Shown here one piece after another: positions 44,121-59,382 of a stretch of 64,000 nucleotides of DNA. How positions within the stretch are numbered: position 1 is the stretch's first letter; every line of letters begins with the position of its first letter. The stretch covers positions 32,001 through 96,000 of the forward strand of contig CAWGJT010000012.1 in NCBI GenBank assembly GCA_963822965.1. Reading direction: 5' to 3'. The notes under the pieces are model-generated. The model was not told the origin of the DNA. It ran no database searches and saw only the letters and a list, made by a program, of their open reading frames with translations. A program made the position numbers and the translations under genes. The stretch comes from an uncultured delta proteobacterium (GTDB lineage: Bacteria; Myxococcota_A; UBA9160; UBA4427).

Positions 44121-44993
44121 ATGACGGCGAGCGTGACGGCGATCCATCGCTACCCGGTGAAGAGCATGGCGGGCGAGCCCCTCGAGGCGACCCGCGTCGG
44201 GCCGAGCGGGCTACCGGGCGACCGTGCCTGGGCGGTACGCGACGAGGTGCGCGGCGGGATCCGTGGCGCCAAGAAGCTGCCGTCGCTGATGCAGTGCCGC
44301 GCCCGCTACGAGAAGCCCCCCGCCGAGGCGGGATCGAGCGCCGCCGAGATCACCCTGCCCGACGGCTCGCGGATCTCCACCTCCGACCCCGAAGCGGGGG
44401 CGCACATCTCGCGGGCGATCGGCCACGAGGTGACCCTGTGGCCCCTGATGCCCGCGGACGCAGTCGATCACTACCTGCGCGGCGCGCCGACCCACGACGA
44501 CATGGAGCAGGAGCTGCGCGCGCTCTTCGCACGCGAGCCCGACGAGCCCCTGCCGGATCTCGGGATCTTCCCGCCCGACATCCTGAAGTACGAGTCGCCG
44601 CCGGGCACCTACTTCGACGCCTTCCCGCTGCTGATCCTGAGCCAGCAGTCCCTGGACCACATGCAACAGGCCGCCCCGGCGTCGCGCTTCGACGTACGGC
44701 GCTTCCGACCGAATCTCGTGGTGGACTTCGACGCGCGAGGGTCGGGCGGCGCCGACGACGCCTTCCCGGAGCTCGCCTGGCGGGGCAAGCGCCTGCGCAT
44801 CGGCGGTGCGGTGGTGGAGGGGACCATCGAGTGTCCCCGCTGTGTGATGACCACCCACGGCTTCGACGACCTGCCGCGGGATCCGCGGGTGATGCGGGCG
44901 CTGGTGGCCCACGCCGGGGGCAATCTCGGGCTCTACGCGCGCGTGGTCGAGCCGGGCGAGATCCGCGCCGGCGATTCCGTCACGTTCGCCTGA
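44121..44993 (+). CDS. MOSC domain protein
   Basis: IHRYPVKSMAGE, GDRAWA, RRFRPNLVV, CPRCVMT, GEIRAGD. Confidence 0.92.
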   Translation: MTASVTAIHRYPVKSMAGEPLEATRVGPSGLPGDRAWAVRDEVRGGIRGAKKLPSLMQCRARYEKPPAEAGSSAAEITLPDGSRISTSDPEAGAHISRAIGHEVTLWPLMPADAVDHYLRGAPTHDDMEQELRALFAREPDEPLPDLGIFPPDILKYESPPGTYFDAFPLLILSQQSLDHMQQAAPASRFDVRRFRPNLVVDFDARGSGGADDAFPELAWRGKRLRIGGAVVEGTIECPRCVMTTHGFDDLPRDPRVMRALVAHAGGNLGLYARVVEPGEIRAGDSVTFA

Positions 44994-45038
44994 GGGGCTT
45001 CGTCGCGCGGGCCGCAAGGGGATTCGTCGCGCGAGCCG
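44993..45038. repeat. Imperfect direct repeat (24-bp period) between convergent stops
   Basis: AGGGGCTTCGTCGCGCGGGCCG / AGGGGATTCGTCGCGCGAGCCG. Confidence 0.75.
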
Positions 45039-45041
45039 GAT

Positions 45042-45590
45042 TCAGGCGCCGGGTCGCGGGATCAGCACCATCAGGCCCCCCAGCTCCTTGTCCTGATCCG
45101 TGAACTCGCACTCGACGCGGACGCCCGGGTCCGCGCCGCACTGCTCGCAGAGGGCCTGCAGCTGCTCGGCGGCGTCGCCGAGGGCCAGCACCGGGATGGA
45201 GGGGAGCAGGCGCTCGCCCATGCTGTCGGCGATGGCCGACGCCACGCGCGAGACGAGGATGTTGCCGAGCTCCATGATCACGGCCTCGATGCTCTCGCGC
45301 GTGAGCGGGCTCCCAACCGGCTCGCCGAGCACCTCCCGCACGACGACGTCCCGCACGGGATCGCGGAACAGGATCGCCACCACGGCGCTCAGGCAGCCTT
45401 CCAGCTCGAAGAACACCCCCGACGACCATTCGTCCGCCACCGCACAGGGCCACTTCGGATCGCGGAACACCTCGGGCGTGCGCATCTGGATCGGGCGCCG
45501 CGTGAGCTGCGAGAAGGCGCTCGCCGCATGGCCCGCACCCACGCTCGTCAGCTCTCGCATCCGGTCCGCGTCTTCCGCTCTCGACGCCAT
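45042..45590 (-). CDS. cheC: CheC-like phosphatase (DifG-like)
   Basis: RELTSVGAGHAASAFSQL and MELGNILVS CheC motifs. Confidence 0.85.
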   Translation of the reverse strand: MASRAEDADRMRELTSVGAGHAASAFSQLTRRPIQMRTPEVFRDPKWPCAVADEWSSGVFFELEGCLSAVVAILFRDPVRDVVVREVLGEPVGSPLTRESIEAVIMELGNILVSRVASAIADSMGERLLPSIPVLALGDAAEQLQALCEQCGADPGVRVECEFTDQDKELGGLMVLIPRPGA

Positions 45591-45625
45591 GCTCGCTCTC
45601 CCTTTGCTCCTCGTCCCCGCACGCG

Positions 45626-47277
45626 TCAGGCGAGGTGGTTCAGGTCCAGCAGGAAGACGGGGGTCCCGTCTCCCAACACCGTGAATCCCGCCAGCAGGCG
45701 CACCTCCGCGAGGAGCTCCGGAACCGGCTTGACGTAGATCTCCTGCTGTCCGACGAATCGCTCCACGCGCACCGCCACCGGCTCGCCGCGAATGTCCACC
45801 ACCACGAGCGGCACGTTGGCCGAGGCCTGCGGCGGGGACACCGCCAGCCGCTCGGCGAGATCGATCACGAGCACGGGCTCGTCGTCGATCAGGGCGAACG
45901 ACTCCGCGCCGCTGCGCTCGATGCTCTCGGCCGGCACTTCGAGGATGCGCTCGACCTTCGTGATCGGCAGCGCGACCCGCTCCTCCGAAACGGCGCAGAG
46001 CAGCACGCGCTGCACCGCCGCGGCGATGGGCACCTGGACGCTGGTCGTCGTCCCACGACCGGGCTCGCTGCGCAGCTCGACGACCCCGCCGAGGGACTCG
46101 ATGGTCGCCTTGACGGCGTCCATCCCCACCCCGCGCCCCGAGACGGCGGACACGCTCTGCGCGGTGGACAGGCCGGGACTGAAGATCAGGGCGGCGATCT
46201 CCTCGGGCGGCAGGTCTTCGGCGAGGTCGGGGTGCAGCAGGCCGGCCTCGACGGCGCGGTTCCGCACCCCGTCCAGATCGATGCCACCGCCGTCGTCGCG
46301 GACCTCGATCACGATCGAGTCCTTCTCGCGTCGCGCCGCGATCGTGATGTGGCCCACCTCGCTCTTGCCCGCCGCGACGCGCTCCGCCGGCGACTCGATG
46401 CCGTGGTCGACGGCGTTGCGCACCATGTGGAGCAGCGGCTCGTTGAGGCGGTCGAGGATGGAGCGATCGAGGTCGAGCTCCGCGCCCACGAGCTCCACCT
46501 CGACGCGCTTGCCCAGCTGGGCGGCCACCTCCCGGGCGGTGCGCGGCAGGGTCTCCATCACGCGCAGCAGCGGGGTCGTGCGCAGGTCGAGCACGCGCCG
46601 CTGCAGCTCGGTGACCCGCCGCTCCACCGCGTCGAAGCCGGCGGAGAGCTCGGCGCCCAGCTGCTGGGCGACGGCGGCGGTGCGCAGCTGGCTGGAGCTG
46701 AGGATCACCTCGCCTACCGCGCCGAGGAAGCGATCGAGGGTCTCGGTGCGCACGCGCACCGAGGACTGCAGACCGGGGGCCGAGGCGCTGCGGGAGGGGC
46801 TCCCGTCGGGTGGCGCTAGCTCAGGACTTTTTTTTTCAGCCGGTCGGCGGGGGGCGCTTCGACGGGGTCGCCCGGCGGCGGGGACTCGCTAGCCGCCGCG
46901 GTCGCGACCCGGATGGAGGCCACCAGCTCGGGCTGGTGGGGCGGTGCCTCGCCCGTCTCCCGGACCACGGCCACCATGCCCTCGAGGCCTTCCAGCCCGT
47001 GGAAGAGCGCGGCCATCTCGGGCCCCGCCTCGACGCGGCCCCGGGTGCGCACGCCCTCCATGCGGTCCTCCAGGGCGTGGGCGAGCTCTGCGATCGACTC
47101 GTACTCCAGCGACGCCGCCATCGACTTGATGGAGTGCGCCATCCGGAAGATCGCGTCGATCGACTCGCTGGCTCCGCTGTCCTTCTCGAGGGCGAGCAGA
47201 GCCGTGCTGATCTCGGAGAGGTGCTCGGCAGCCTCCTCGAGGAACAGCTTGCGGTACTTGGCCATGTCGAGGCCCAA
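45626..47277 (-). CDS. cheA: CheA histidine kinase (DifE-like), split into Hpt ORF 46816-47277 and kinase/CheW ORF 45626-46759
   Basis: Hpt IFRMAHSIKSMA; VRVRTETLD, HMVRNAVDHGIE, DDGGGID, SGRGVGMD, EIYVKP. Confidence 0.92.
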
Positions 47278-47281
47278 GCGA

Positions 47282-47656
47282 TCAGTCCTCGCTCTTCTCG
47301 AGAACCTTCGCGAGGGTGCTCAGCACGTTGTCGGGCTTGAAGGGCTTCACGATGAAGTCCTTGGCGCCCGCCTGGAGAGCCTCCATCACGAGGGTCTCCT
47401 GGCCCAACGCGCTGCACATCACCACCTGCGCGGTCGGCGTCTTCTCGAGGATGCCCTTGACGGCGTCGATCCCCGAGCGCTTGGGCATCACGATGTCCAT
47501 CGTGACGAGATCCGGGTGCAGTCGCTCGTACTGCTCCACGGCTTCGACCCCGTCGGTCGCCTCACCGACCACCTCGTACCCCTCCGGCTCGATGATCTCC
47601 CGGATCATCTGACGCATGAAGGAGGCATCGTCCGCAATCAGAACTCGTGCCTTCAT
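47282..47656 (-). CDS. cheY: CheY-like response regulator (DifD-like)
   Basis: [25 protein letters not shown]. Confidence 0.93.
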   Translation of the reverse strand: MKARVLIADDASFMRQMIREIIEPEGYEVVGEATDGVEAVEQYERLHPDLVTMDIVMPKRSGIDAVKGILEKTPTAQVVMCSALGQETLVMEALQAGAKDFIVKPFKPDNVLSTLAKVLEKSED

Positions 47657-47687
47657 CGTCTCCCCCGTGTTGAACCGAGACACCGCC

Positions 47688-48221
47688 TCAGGCGACGCGC
47701 TCGATCACCTGTTTGGCCCGCTCGACGAGTCGACGCGGATCCAGGACGCTCACCACGCGACCCTCCACGGGCCGCCTCTCCACCACCAGACGGCCGCCAC
47801 CCCGGCGTCGCCGGGCCCCGTCGACCAGGCCGATCACGCGGTCGATGGGAAGCCCCAGCTGCGCGGGCTCGTCGTCCCGCGCAGAGACCACGAGCACGTG
47901 ATGCCGCGCGAGCCGCGAGCCGGAGCCGACCTCCGTCGCCCCGTCTTCCGAATCGGACGCCGCCGCCTCGTCCGCGTCCGGTCCGCGGTCGTCCGCATCC
48001 GCGTCCTGCAGGAGCATCAGCGTCGACACCACCGGCAGCGCGTCGCCGTGCCAGTTCATCACGCCCACCAGATCGCGCGAGATCGTCGGGACGCAGCAGA
48101 TGCGCTGGACCTCGGCCACCTCGTGCACCTCGGCGATCGGCAGGGCGTACACCGCGGAGGCGACCTCGAAGGTGAGCAGGCGCTCGGCGTCGGCGGTGGT
48201 GGGGGTCGGCGAGGGGGTCAT
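47688..48221 (-). CDS. cheW: CheW-like coupling protein (DifC-like)
   Basis: [47 protein letters not shown]. Confidence 0.85.
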   Translation of the reverse strand: MTPSPTPTTADAERLLTFEVASAVYALPIAEVHEVAEVQRICCVPTISRDLVGVMNWHGDALPVVSTLMLLQDADADDRGPDADEAAASDSEDGATEVGSGSRLARHHVLVVSARDDEPAQLGLPIDRVIGLVDGARRRRGGGRLVVERRPVEGRVVSVLDPRRLVERAKQVIERVA

Positions 48222-49522
48222 CCGGCGCCCTCCCCGGCCGACTTCGTGTCTTCGTCCGCCACCACCGTGTCCGTGCGGAAGCTTCCCAGCGATCCCCGCA
48301 AGGCGTCGGCGAGCTTCGAGAGCGCCTCCGAGCTGCCCAGGGTGGAGGTCACCGCCTCGAGCTGGACCCGAGCGGTGCGGGAGACGTCCTCGATGGCGGC
48401 CGCGTTGCCGCGCGCAACCGTGGAGATCTCCTCCATCGAAGTCACCATGCGGTCCGTGCTGAGCGACTGCGTGTCGGCGCCGTGGAAGATCTCCTCCGCG
48501 CGCGCTGCGGCCTCGCCGACGGCCATGCTGATCTGCTCGAGGGAGGCGGCGATGGTGTTCACGTCCTCGCGTCCCTCGCCGATCACCTGGCTCGACTGGC
48601 GCATCTCGTCGGCCACCTCGCCGGTGTCGGACTGGATCTCGTGGATCAGCTTCGAGATCTCGTCGGCGCTGCGGCCGACGCTCTCGGCGAGCTTGCGGAT
48701 CTCGTCCGCCACCACCGAGAAGCCCCGGCCGGCCTCGCCGGCGCGCGCCGCCTCGATGGACGCGTTCAGCGAGAGCAGGTTGGTGCGGTGCGCGACGCTG
48801 GTGATGATCTCGGTGATCTGGTGCACGTGGCGCGTCTTCGCCTCGAGGTCGAAGACCTTGCCGCCTGCCTGCTCCACCCGCTCGAAGACCGTCCGCATCT
48901 TCTCGATGGCCAGGCGCGCCACCTCGACGCCGGTGCCCGCCTTCTGGTTCGCCTCGGCGGCGAAGCCGAAGGCCTCGCGCGCCCGTCACGCGTTGAGGTC
49001 GATCTCGGTGGCGATCTCCTGGATCAGGCGCGCCGCGTCGTCGAGCATCTCCTGCTCGGTCTCGACGCTGCGGGCGATCTCCTCCACGGTGGCCGAGATG
49101 CCCTCGTTGCCGCTGCGCACGTGGTGGATCGAGTCGGTGAGGTCCCGGGCCGAGGTCGTGACGCTCGCCGCCGTGCGCTGCACGCTGCCCACCATCTCGC
49201 GCAGGTGGGCGAGCATCCCGCGCAGACTTTCGGAGAGCTCGTCGATCTCGTCCGGCAGGCGGGAGCTCGCGGTGAAGGGGAGGTCGGCGCGCAGGTCGCC
49301 GCCGCGGATCTGGGAGGTGAGGCGCAGCAGCTGCTCGAACTTCTGGCCGAGGATGCGGGAGAGCGCGAAGCCGATGCCCCCGCCCACGCCGAGGGCGATG
49401 AAGAGCGCCCCCCAGGACGGAAAGTCCAGGCCGCGGACGCGAAGGAACTCGGGCAGCGTGATCGCGGCACCGGCCACGATCAGGGATCCGAGCACGAACT
49501 TGTGGGTCAGCGCGATTCGCAC
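48218..49522 (-). CDS. Methyl-accepting chemotaxis protein (DifA-like), interrupted by in-frame TGA at 48986-48988
   Basis: Two close TM helices, HAMP ([10 protein letters not shown]), hairpin [35 protein letters not shown]; both ORF halves are in the same frame. Confidence 0.9.
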
Positions 49523-49670
49523 GACCTGCGTATCGGCCCCCGCGCCCGGGACCTTGACGGGAGAGAGTCGCGTAAGGGCCCGAAAACCGGGAGCTTCCGG
49601 GGATCCGGAGGCGCTGGGGGGCGCTGCCGCCCCAGGCATGCGGCCGCCCGGCCGGGGGGCACGCCCCCGC

Positions 49671-50622
49671 TCAGAAGTGACGCCAGCCGCCCGCCCCGGA
49701 GACCCCCTGGATGCCCGGCCGCGGCGTGATGCGGCCCACCTCGGTGACGGGCACGCCCAGGCGTCGCGAGAGCACCGAGGCCGGTCGCTTCCGGGCCGCC
49801 GCCGCGCGCACTGTGAAGAGAAGTTCATAGTCCTCGCCGCCGGAGGTGAGCAGCCGTTCGGCGTCGAGGCCGAGCCGGCGGCAGGCCGCGTCGAAGCCGC
49901 CGGCTCGCGGAATCCGGGACGGCTCGATCACCGCGCCGAGCCCGCTGTCCTCGAGCAGGTGACCGAGGTCGGCGGCCAGCCCGTCGGAGACGTCGATGCA
50001 GCCGCCCACGCCGGCCAGCCGCGTGAGCGCCCGACCCGCCCGCAGGCGCGGGGTCGGCAGGCTGCGGATCGTGCCGCCCCGCTCGGCCCGGGCGACGGCG
50101 AGGGCCGCACCGCCCAGGGTGCCGGTCACGAAGACGCGGTCGCCGGCCCGCACGCGATGCCGCCGCAGCGCTCGGCCCCGTTCGACCGAGCCCACCACGG
50201 TGATCGAGACGGACGTCTCGCGCGCGAGGGCCAGGTTGCCGCCGACCAGCGGGCAGCCATGGATGCGGCCCTCGTGGATCAGCCCCTGCACGAGGCCGCG
50301 CGCGAGACGGAGCTCGAGGTCGGGCGGCGCGCACAGGGCCGCGACGCACGCGAGCGGCGACGCCCCCATGGCGGCCAGGTCCGAGAGGTTGGCCACCAGG
50401 GCCCGGCGCCCGACGAGCCGCGCCGATTGCGTGCGCCAGCGGAAGTGGACGTCCTCGACCAGGGAGTCGGTGCTCACTACCAGGTCCTGGCCGGGCGGCG
50501 CCCGCAGCACCGCGCCGTCGTCGCCGGGTCCCTGCACGACGGCCGGGCCCGCCGCGTCGTCCACCGCAGCGGGAGATCAGCTCGATCAGGCCGAACTCCC
50601 CGACGTCCCGCAGCCTGCGCAT
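49671..50622 (-). CDS. thiL: Thiamine-monophosphate kinase (frameshift near 50570)
   Basis: [52 protein letters not shown]. Confidence 0.93.
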
Positions 50623-50642
50623 GGGGGCAGGCTAGTGCGTCG

Positions 50643-50679
50643 GCGTCGGTTCGAGAAGGTCCGCGTCGGTTCGAGAAGG

Positions 50680-50681
<2 letters not shown>
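50643..50681. repeat. Tandem duplication (20-bp period) at the lon stop codon
   Basis: GCGTCGGTTCGAGAAGGTC x2, plus a partial third TTCGAGAAG inside the lon 3' end. Confidence 0.85.
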
Positions 50682-53090
<2,409 letters not shown>

Positions 53091-53330
53091 TTGGGGACTC
53101 TTTCGTCGGAGCGGATAGGCGACTTGAGATCGCGGAGACCACGTTCCGCATCTGCGCGCGACGCCTGGCGCCGGAGCCGAACGAAGCACGGAAGTGCAAC
53201 TGACGCGCAGCGCGATCCGCTTCGCGCCGACACGCCGTCTCGAGTCGGCGACGGCGCGTCGACGCCCGCCGGCGGCGGTCGGCCTCGGACCGAGGTGCCC
53301 GGAGTCGGGATTTCGTCGGAGGTCGCGCTC

Positions 53331-55490
53331 CTAGTCGAGCGGGACCATGCGCGAGCCGCGGATGCGCAGCAGGAAGGGACGTTTGCGCGCGTTGCCGTCG
53401 GGGCGCAGGCTCATGACGCCGGACGCGCCGGGATACGCCTGCATGCGAAGGATTCCTTCGCGGATTTCGTCGGGCGTCGTGAAGCCGCGCGCGAGCTGCA
53501 CGAGAACGAGGTCCGTGGCGTCGTAGGCGTGGGCCGAAAAGGCGTCGGGCTCCGCGTCGAAGACGAGCCGGTAGTGGTCGACGAAGTCCGACACGAAGGG
53601 GAAGCGGCTCTCGGGATCGAAGACCGCCGAGATGACGGCGCCCGAGACGTGCTCCCGCGCGATCTCCATCAGCTCGGGGTGGTACCAGTCGCCGGAGCCG
53701 AGGAGCTGCACGCCCGTGAGCTCGTTGAAGGCCAGCTGGGGCGCCAGCAGGCCGATCTGCTCGTAGCCGTCCGGGATGAAGAGCGCGTCGAAGTCGACGA
53801 TGGGCGGCAGCCGCTGGCCCTCCGGCCCGATCATCTTCTCCGCGATCTGACGCGCGATCACGGCGCCCTCGGGCGGCAGGCGCCGGCCCCGGCGCAGGAA
53901 GCTGTCCCGCTCGACGAGTGCGCTCTGCTCGGACGAGGTCAGCAGCGGATAGCCGATCATGGCGCGGATCGAGCTGCCGAAGTCCGTGGCCCCGGGCTCG
54001 TAGGCGGCGGCGGCCACGAGGAAGCCGCCCAGCCCCTCCACGGCGTGCCAGAACTCGTCGCGCATGCCGCGCCCGTAGCCGTCGTCGGGATAGAGGATCG
54101 CGAAGCGGCGCGCGCCGAGCTGGTGGAACGCGTAGTCGACGAGATAGCGGACCTCGTCCTCGGGCGTCGTGCGCAGGCGGAACACGAAGGGGCGGTCGTG
54201 GGCCACCGACTCGCGGGTGGTGAGCGCGAGCAGGGGCACGCCCTCGTCCTCGGCGGTCCGACCGGCAGCCTCGCTGATGTTCGAGAGCACGGGGCCGACG
54301 ATGGCCGACACCTTCTCGAGACGGGCCAGCTCCCGCACCGCCGCCGCCGCACGCGCGGGATCGCCCGCGGTGTCCCGCACCACGACCCGCACCCGCCCCT
54401 TGCCGGCGGCGGCGCCGGCCGGGCCGGCGGCGGAATCGGCGGTCGCGGGCGCGGCCTCCTCGTCGAAGATGCCGGCGGCGAGCAGGATGCCCCGGAGGCT
54501 CTCCTCGCCGTAGGACGCGTAGGCACCCGAGAGCGGCAGCAGTGCGCCGATGGTTCCCGAAGCGCCGGCGTGGGAGGGCACCGGCTGAGCGGCCACCTCC
54601 GCGAAGCTCGGGAGCAGCTCGTTCACCCCGCGCCCGGACTCGTAGAGCTCCATTCGCAGGGACAGCTGCTCCAGGAGCTTGTGGTCGGCGTCGCTCAGGG
54701 CGAGCCCGCCCGCGACGCGAAGCTCGTCGCTGGCGTCGTCGTAGTGGCCCACGTCCATGCTTCGCTGCGCGAGTCGGAGGGCCACCCGGGCCGCGGGGGG
54801 ACGCCCATCCAGCAGCTTCCAGGCGCGCTGCAGCTCTTCGAGCGTGAGCGCGTCGACGGCCGATACGATCTCCGCATCCATCAGCGCGAGCGACTCGTCC
54901 TGCACCCCGGAGTCGACGGCCGCATCCCGCGCGGCCGCCAGCCACTGCACCCGCGCGGCGCGGTCCTCGGCGACGTCGGCCCGCAGCCGGTAGGCCAGGC
55001 GCTTCTGCTCGGGGGTGAGCCGTCGGATCCGCAGGTCGCGCAGCACCTCGCGCGCCATCTCGTAGTCGCCGGTCTGCGCCTGCAGCCGCGCGAGCTGGAG
55101 CCGCGCCAGGTCGCTGTGCTCGCCGCGCGGATGATTGCGCAGCAGCCAGCCGAGCCAGAAGACCGCCTTCGAGCGATCGTCCGCATCGAGGGCGAGCTCG
55201 GCTCGCTGGTAGGCGGCGGTCTCGGCCAGGCCGCTCTCGCGGTAGGTACGCAGGAAGAGCTCGAGCCGGCGGGCGCCCTCCTGGGGGTCGCCGGGAAGCA
55301 CCGAGACCGCCTGCTCGTAGGCGCGGCGCTCCTCTTCGGTGGCCTTGGGCGTCGCGCACGAGAGCTGGAAGAGGAGCGCGAGCCCCACCAGCACCGGCAC
55401 GAGCGCCCGCAATCGACCGGAAGCGCGGGGTCCGCCCGCGGCACCCGTCCCGCGCAGCACAGCGCTCACCCCGGACGGCGCGCCCCTCAC
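53331..55490 (-). CDS. LpoA/LppC-like lipoprotein (TPR-like N-terminus + periplasmic binding fold); start uncertain
   Basis: Lipobox-like [37 protein letters not shown]. Confidence 0.8.
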   Translation of the reverse strand: MRGAPSGVSAVLRGTGAAGGPRASGRLRALVPVLVGLALLFQLSCATPKATEEERRAYEQAVSVLPGDPQEGARRLELFLRTYRESGLAETAAYQRAELALDADDRSKAVFWLGWLLRNHPRGEHSDLARLQLARLQAQTGDYEMAREVLRDLRIRRLTPEQKRLAYRLRADVAEDRAARVQWLAAARDAAVDSGVQDESLALMDAEIVSAVDALTLEELQRAWKLLDGRPPAARVALRLAQRSMDVGHYDDASDELRVAGGLALSDADHKLLEQLSLRMELYESGRGVNELLPSFAEVAAQPVPSHAGASGTIGALLPLSGAYASYGEESLRGILLAAGIFDEEAAPATADSAAGPAGAAAGKGRVRVVVRDTAGDPARAAAAVRELARLEKVSAIVGPVLSNISEAAGRTAEDEGVPLLALTTRESVAHDRPFVFRLRTTPEDEVRYLVDYAFHQLGARRFAILYPDDGYGRGMRDEFWHAVEGLGGFLVAAAAYEPGATDFGSSIRAMIGYPLLTSSEQSALVERDSFLRRGRRLPPEGAVIARQIAEKMIGPEGQRLPPIVDFDALFIPDGYEQIGLLAPQLAFNELTGVQLLGSGDWYHPELMEIAREHVSGAVISAVFDPESRFPFVSDFVDHYRLVFDAEPDAFSAHAYDATDLVLVQLARGFTTPDEIREGILRMQAYPGASGVMSLRPDGNARKRPFLLRIRGSRMVPLD

Positions 55491-56629
55491 CCGAAGAGAT
55501 CCCGCAGCTTGTCCATGAATCCCTTCGTGTGCGGCGAGACCTCGGCACCGGTCTCGTCGGCGAACTCCTCGAGCAGCTCGCGCTGGCGTTCGGTGAGCCG
55601 CGTGGGTACCTCGACGAAGATGCGGACGAAGATGTCGCCGCGCATGCGCTCGCGCTGCTCGGGCTCGAGGCGGGGCTGCAGGGGCGGCAGCCCCTTGCCG
55701 CGCAGCCGCAGCGTCTTGCCTGACTGGGTGCCTTCCGGGACGCGCACCGTCACGCGGCCCTCGAGGCTCGGCGCCTCGATCTCGCCGCCCAGGGCCGCGA
55801 CCACGAACGGGACCGGCACCTCGCAGTGCAGGTCGCGTCCATCACGCTCGAAGAGGGGGTGCGGTCGGACGGAGACCACCACGTAGAGATCCCCCGGCCC
55901 GCCGCCGGCGATCCCGGCCTCGCCCTCGCCGACGAGACGCAGCCGTGCGCCGTGATCGATCCCCGCCGGCACTCGGACGGTGATGGTCTGCTGTCCTTCC
56001 ACGCGACCGCTGCCGCGGCAGTCGGTGCAGGGATCGGTGACGATCGCGCCGGCTCCCCCGCACACGTCACACGGGCGGTTCACGCGGAAGAAGCCCTGCT
56101 GGAACGCGATCTGGCCCATGCCGCGGCAGCGCTCGCAGGTCTTGGGCGGGCGCCCCTCGCGGCTGCCGCTTCCGGAGCACGTCTCGCACGGGCGCATCTT
56201 CGGGATCTTGATGGACGCCTCGCTGCCGGCGAGGACGTCGTGCAGGTCGATCTCGAGGTTGTAGCGGAGGTCGGCGCCGCGCTGTCCCCGGCCCCGGGAG
56301 CGGCCGAAGCCACCACCGCCGCCGAAGATGTCCCCGAACAGATCGTTGAAGAGATCGGTGAAGCCGCCGAGATCGCCGAAGTCCGCCGGCCCGGCGCCGC
56401 CCATGCCCACGCCCTGATGACCGTAGCGGTCGTAGCGCGCCCGCTTGTCCGGATCGGACAGCACCGCATAGGCTTCGGAGATCTGCTTGAAGCGCTCTTC
56501 GGCGGCCGGGTCGTCCGGATTGCGGTCGGGATGGCACTCGAGGGCGAGCTTCCGGTACGCCTTCTTGAGCTCACCCTCGCTCACGCCGCGGTCGACGCCG
56601 AGCACCTCGTAGTAGTCGCGCTTGCTCAA
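55487..56629 (-). CDS. dnaJ: Chaperone DnaJ
   Basis: J domain with HPD, G/F region, four CxxCxGxG repeats. Confidence 0.97.
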   Translation of the reverse strand: MSKRDYYEVLGVDRGVSEGELKKAYRKLALECHPDRNPDDPAAEERFKQISEAYAVLSDPDKRARYDRYGHQGVGMGGAGPADFGDLGGFTDLFNDLFGDIFGGGGGFGRSRGRGQRGADLRYNLEIDLHDVLAGSEASIKIPKMRPCETCSGSGSREGRPPKTCERCRGMGQIAFQQGFFRVNRPCDVCGGAGAIVTDPCTDCRGSGRVEGQQTITVRVPAGIDHGARLRLVGEGEAGIAGGGPGDLYVVVSVRPHPLFERDGRDLHCEVPVPFVVAALGGEIEAPSLEGRVTVRVPEGTQSGKTLRLRGKGLPPLQPRLEPEQRERMRGDIFVRIFVEVPTRLTERQRELLEEFADETGAEVSPHTKGFMDKLRDLFG

Positions 56630-56766
56630 GGGGCGGCTTCTCTCGCGTCCGTCTGGTCTCTGGCACGCTGCGCAGGGCTTCGGTCCGGCGTTCGTGCAAG
56701 GGGGATTCGGCTCTGCGGCGCCAGGGCGCCCGGCTTCCGGCTCCGGGGAGAGCTCGCGGGTCGAGT

Positions 56767-58587
<1,821 letters not shown>

Positions 58588-58635
58588 CGAGGTCGCCCCT
58601 CCCACCTCCCGGGGCGCACCTCGAAGTCGCCCCGG

Positions 58636-59382
58636 CTACTTCTCGTCTTCTCCGGGCGCCGAACCCTTCGCGGCCTGCGCAGCTCCGTCACTCTGCTTCG
58701 ACACGACCACTCGCGAAGGCCTCAGCATGCGATCCCGAAGCTGGTACCCGTCCTCCAAGACCTGTACGACCGTGCCCGGGGGCACGCTGTCGTCGACGAC
58801 CTGGGTCATCGCCTCGTGTACCGCCGGATCGAAGGGCTGGTTGGCCGCCTCGATCCGCGTCACCCCGTGCTTGCCCAGAACGCCCAGCAGCTCCCGTTGC
58901 ACCAGCTCGATGCCCTGCAGGAGCCCCTGCAAGTCCTCGCCCCCGCTCCCTTCCGCCGGCCCGACGAAGTGCGCGAGCGCGCGTTCCAGGTTATCGACCG
59001 TGGGCAGCAGATCCTTGACGAGATTCTGGTGACCGAAGTTGTGGGCTTCCTGCCGCTCCTTGAGGCCCCGGCGACGGAAGTTCTCGAACTCGGCCTGGAG
59101 CCGGAGAAGGCGGTCCTGGAGCTCGTCCCGCTCCTTGGCCAGCTGCTCGTACTCCTTCTTGAGGGACTGCAGCTCCTCGGACAGCACCTCGAGCAGCACC
59201 TTGTCGGCGGACCCGGAGCCCCCGGCGACCGCCGGCCCGCGGGACGCCTCCCGGGCCTCCACCGACTGGGTGGCCCGCCGGATGGCCTCCTCGAGCTCGT
59301 CGTTCGCGGGGATCGAGCCCTCGGAGGGCTCCTCCTCGGGGTCGTCGCCGTCGCGCCTGTCGTCGCCGTTCGGTGTCGTCAC
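58636..59382 (-). CDS. grpE: Nucleotide exchange factor GrpE
   Basis: RLQAEFENFRRR, LLPTVDNLERAL, FDPAVHEA, GYQLRDRMLRPSRVVV. Confidence 0.96.
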   Translation of the reverse strand: MTTPNGDDRRDGDDPEEEPSEGSIPANDELEEAIRRATQSVEAREASRGPAVAGGSGSADKVLLEVLSEELQSLKKEYEQLAKERDELQDRLLRLQAEFENFRRRGLKERQEAHNFGHQNLVKDLLPTVDNLERALAHFVGPAEGSGGEDLQGLLQGIELVQRELLGVLGKHGVTRIEAANQPFDPAVHEAMTQVVDDSVPPGTVVQVLEDGYQLRDRMLRPSRVVVSKQSDGAAQAAKGSAPGEDEK

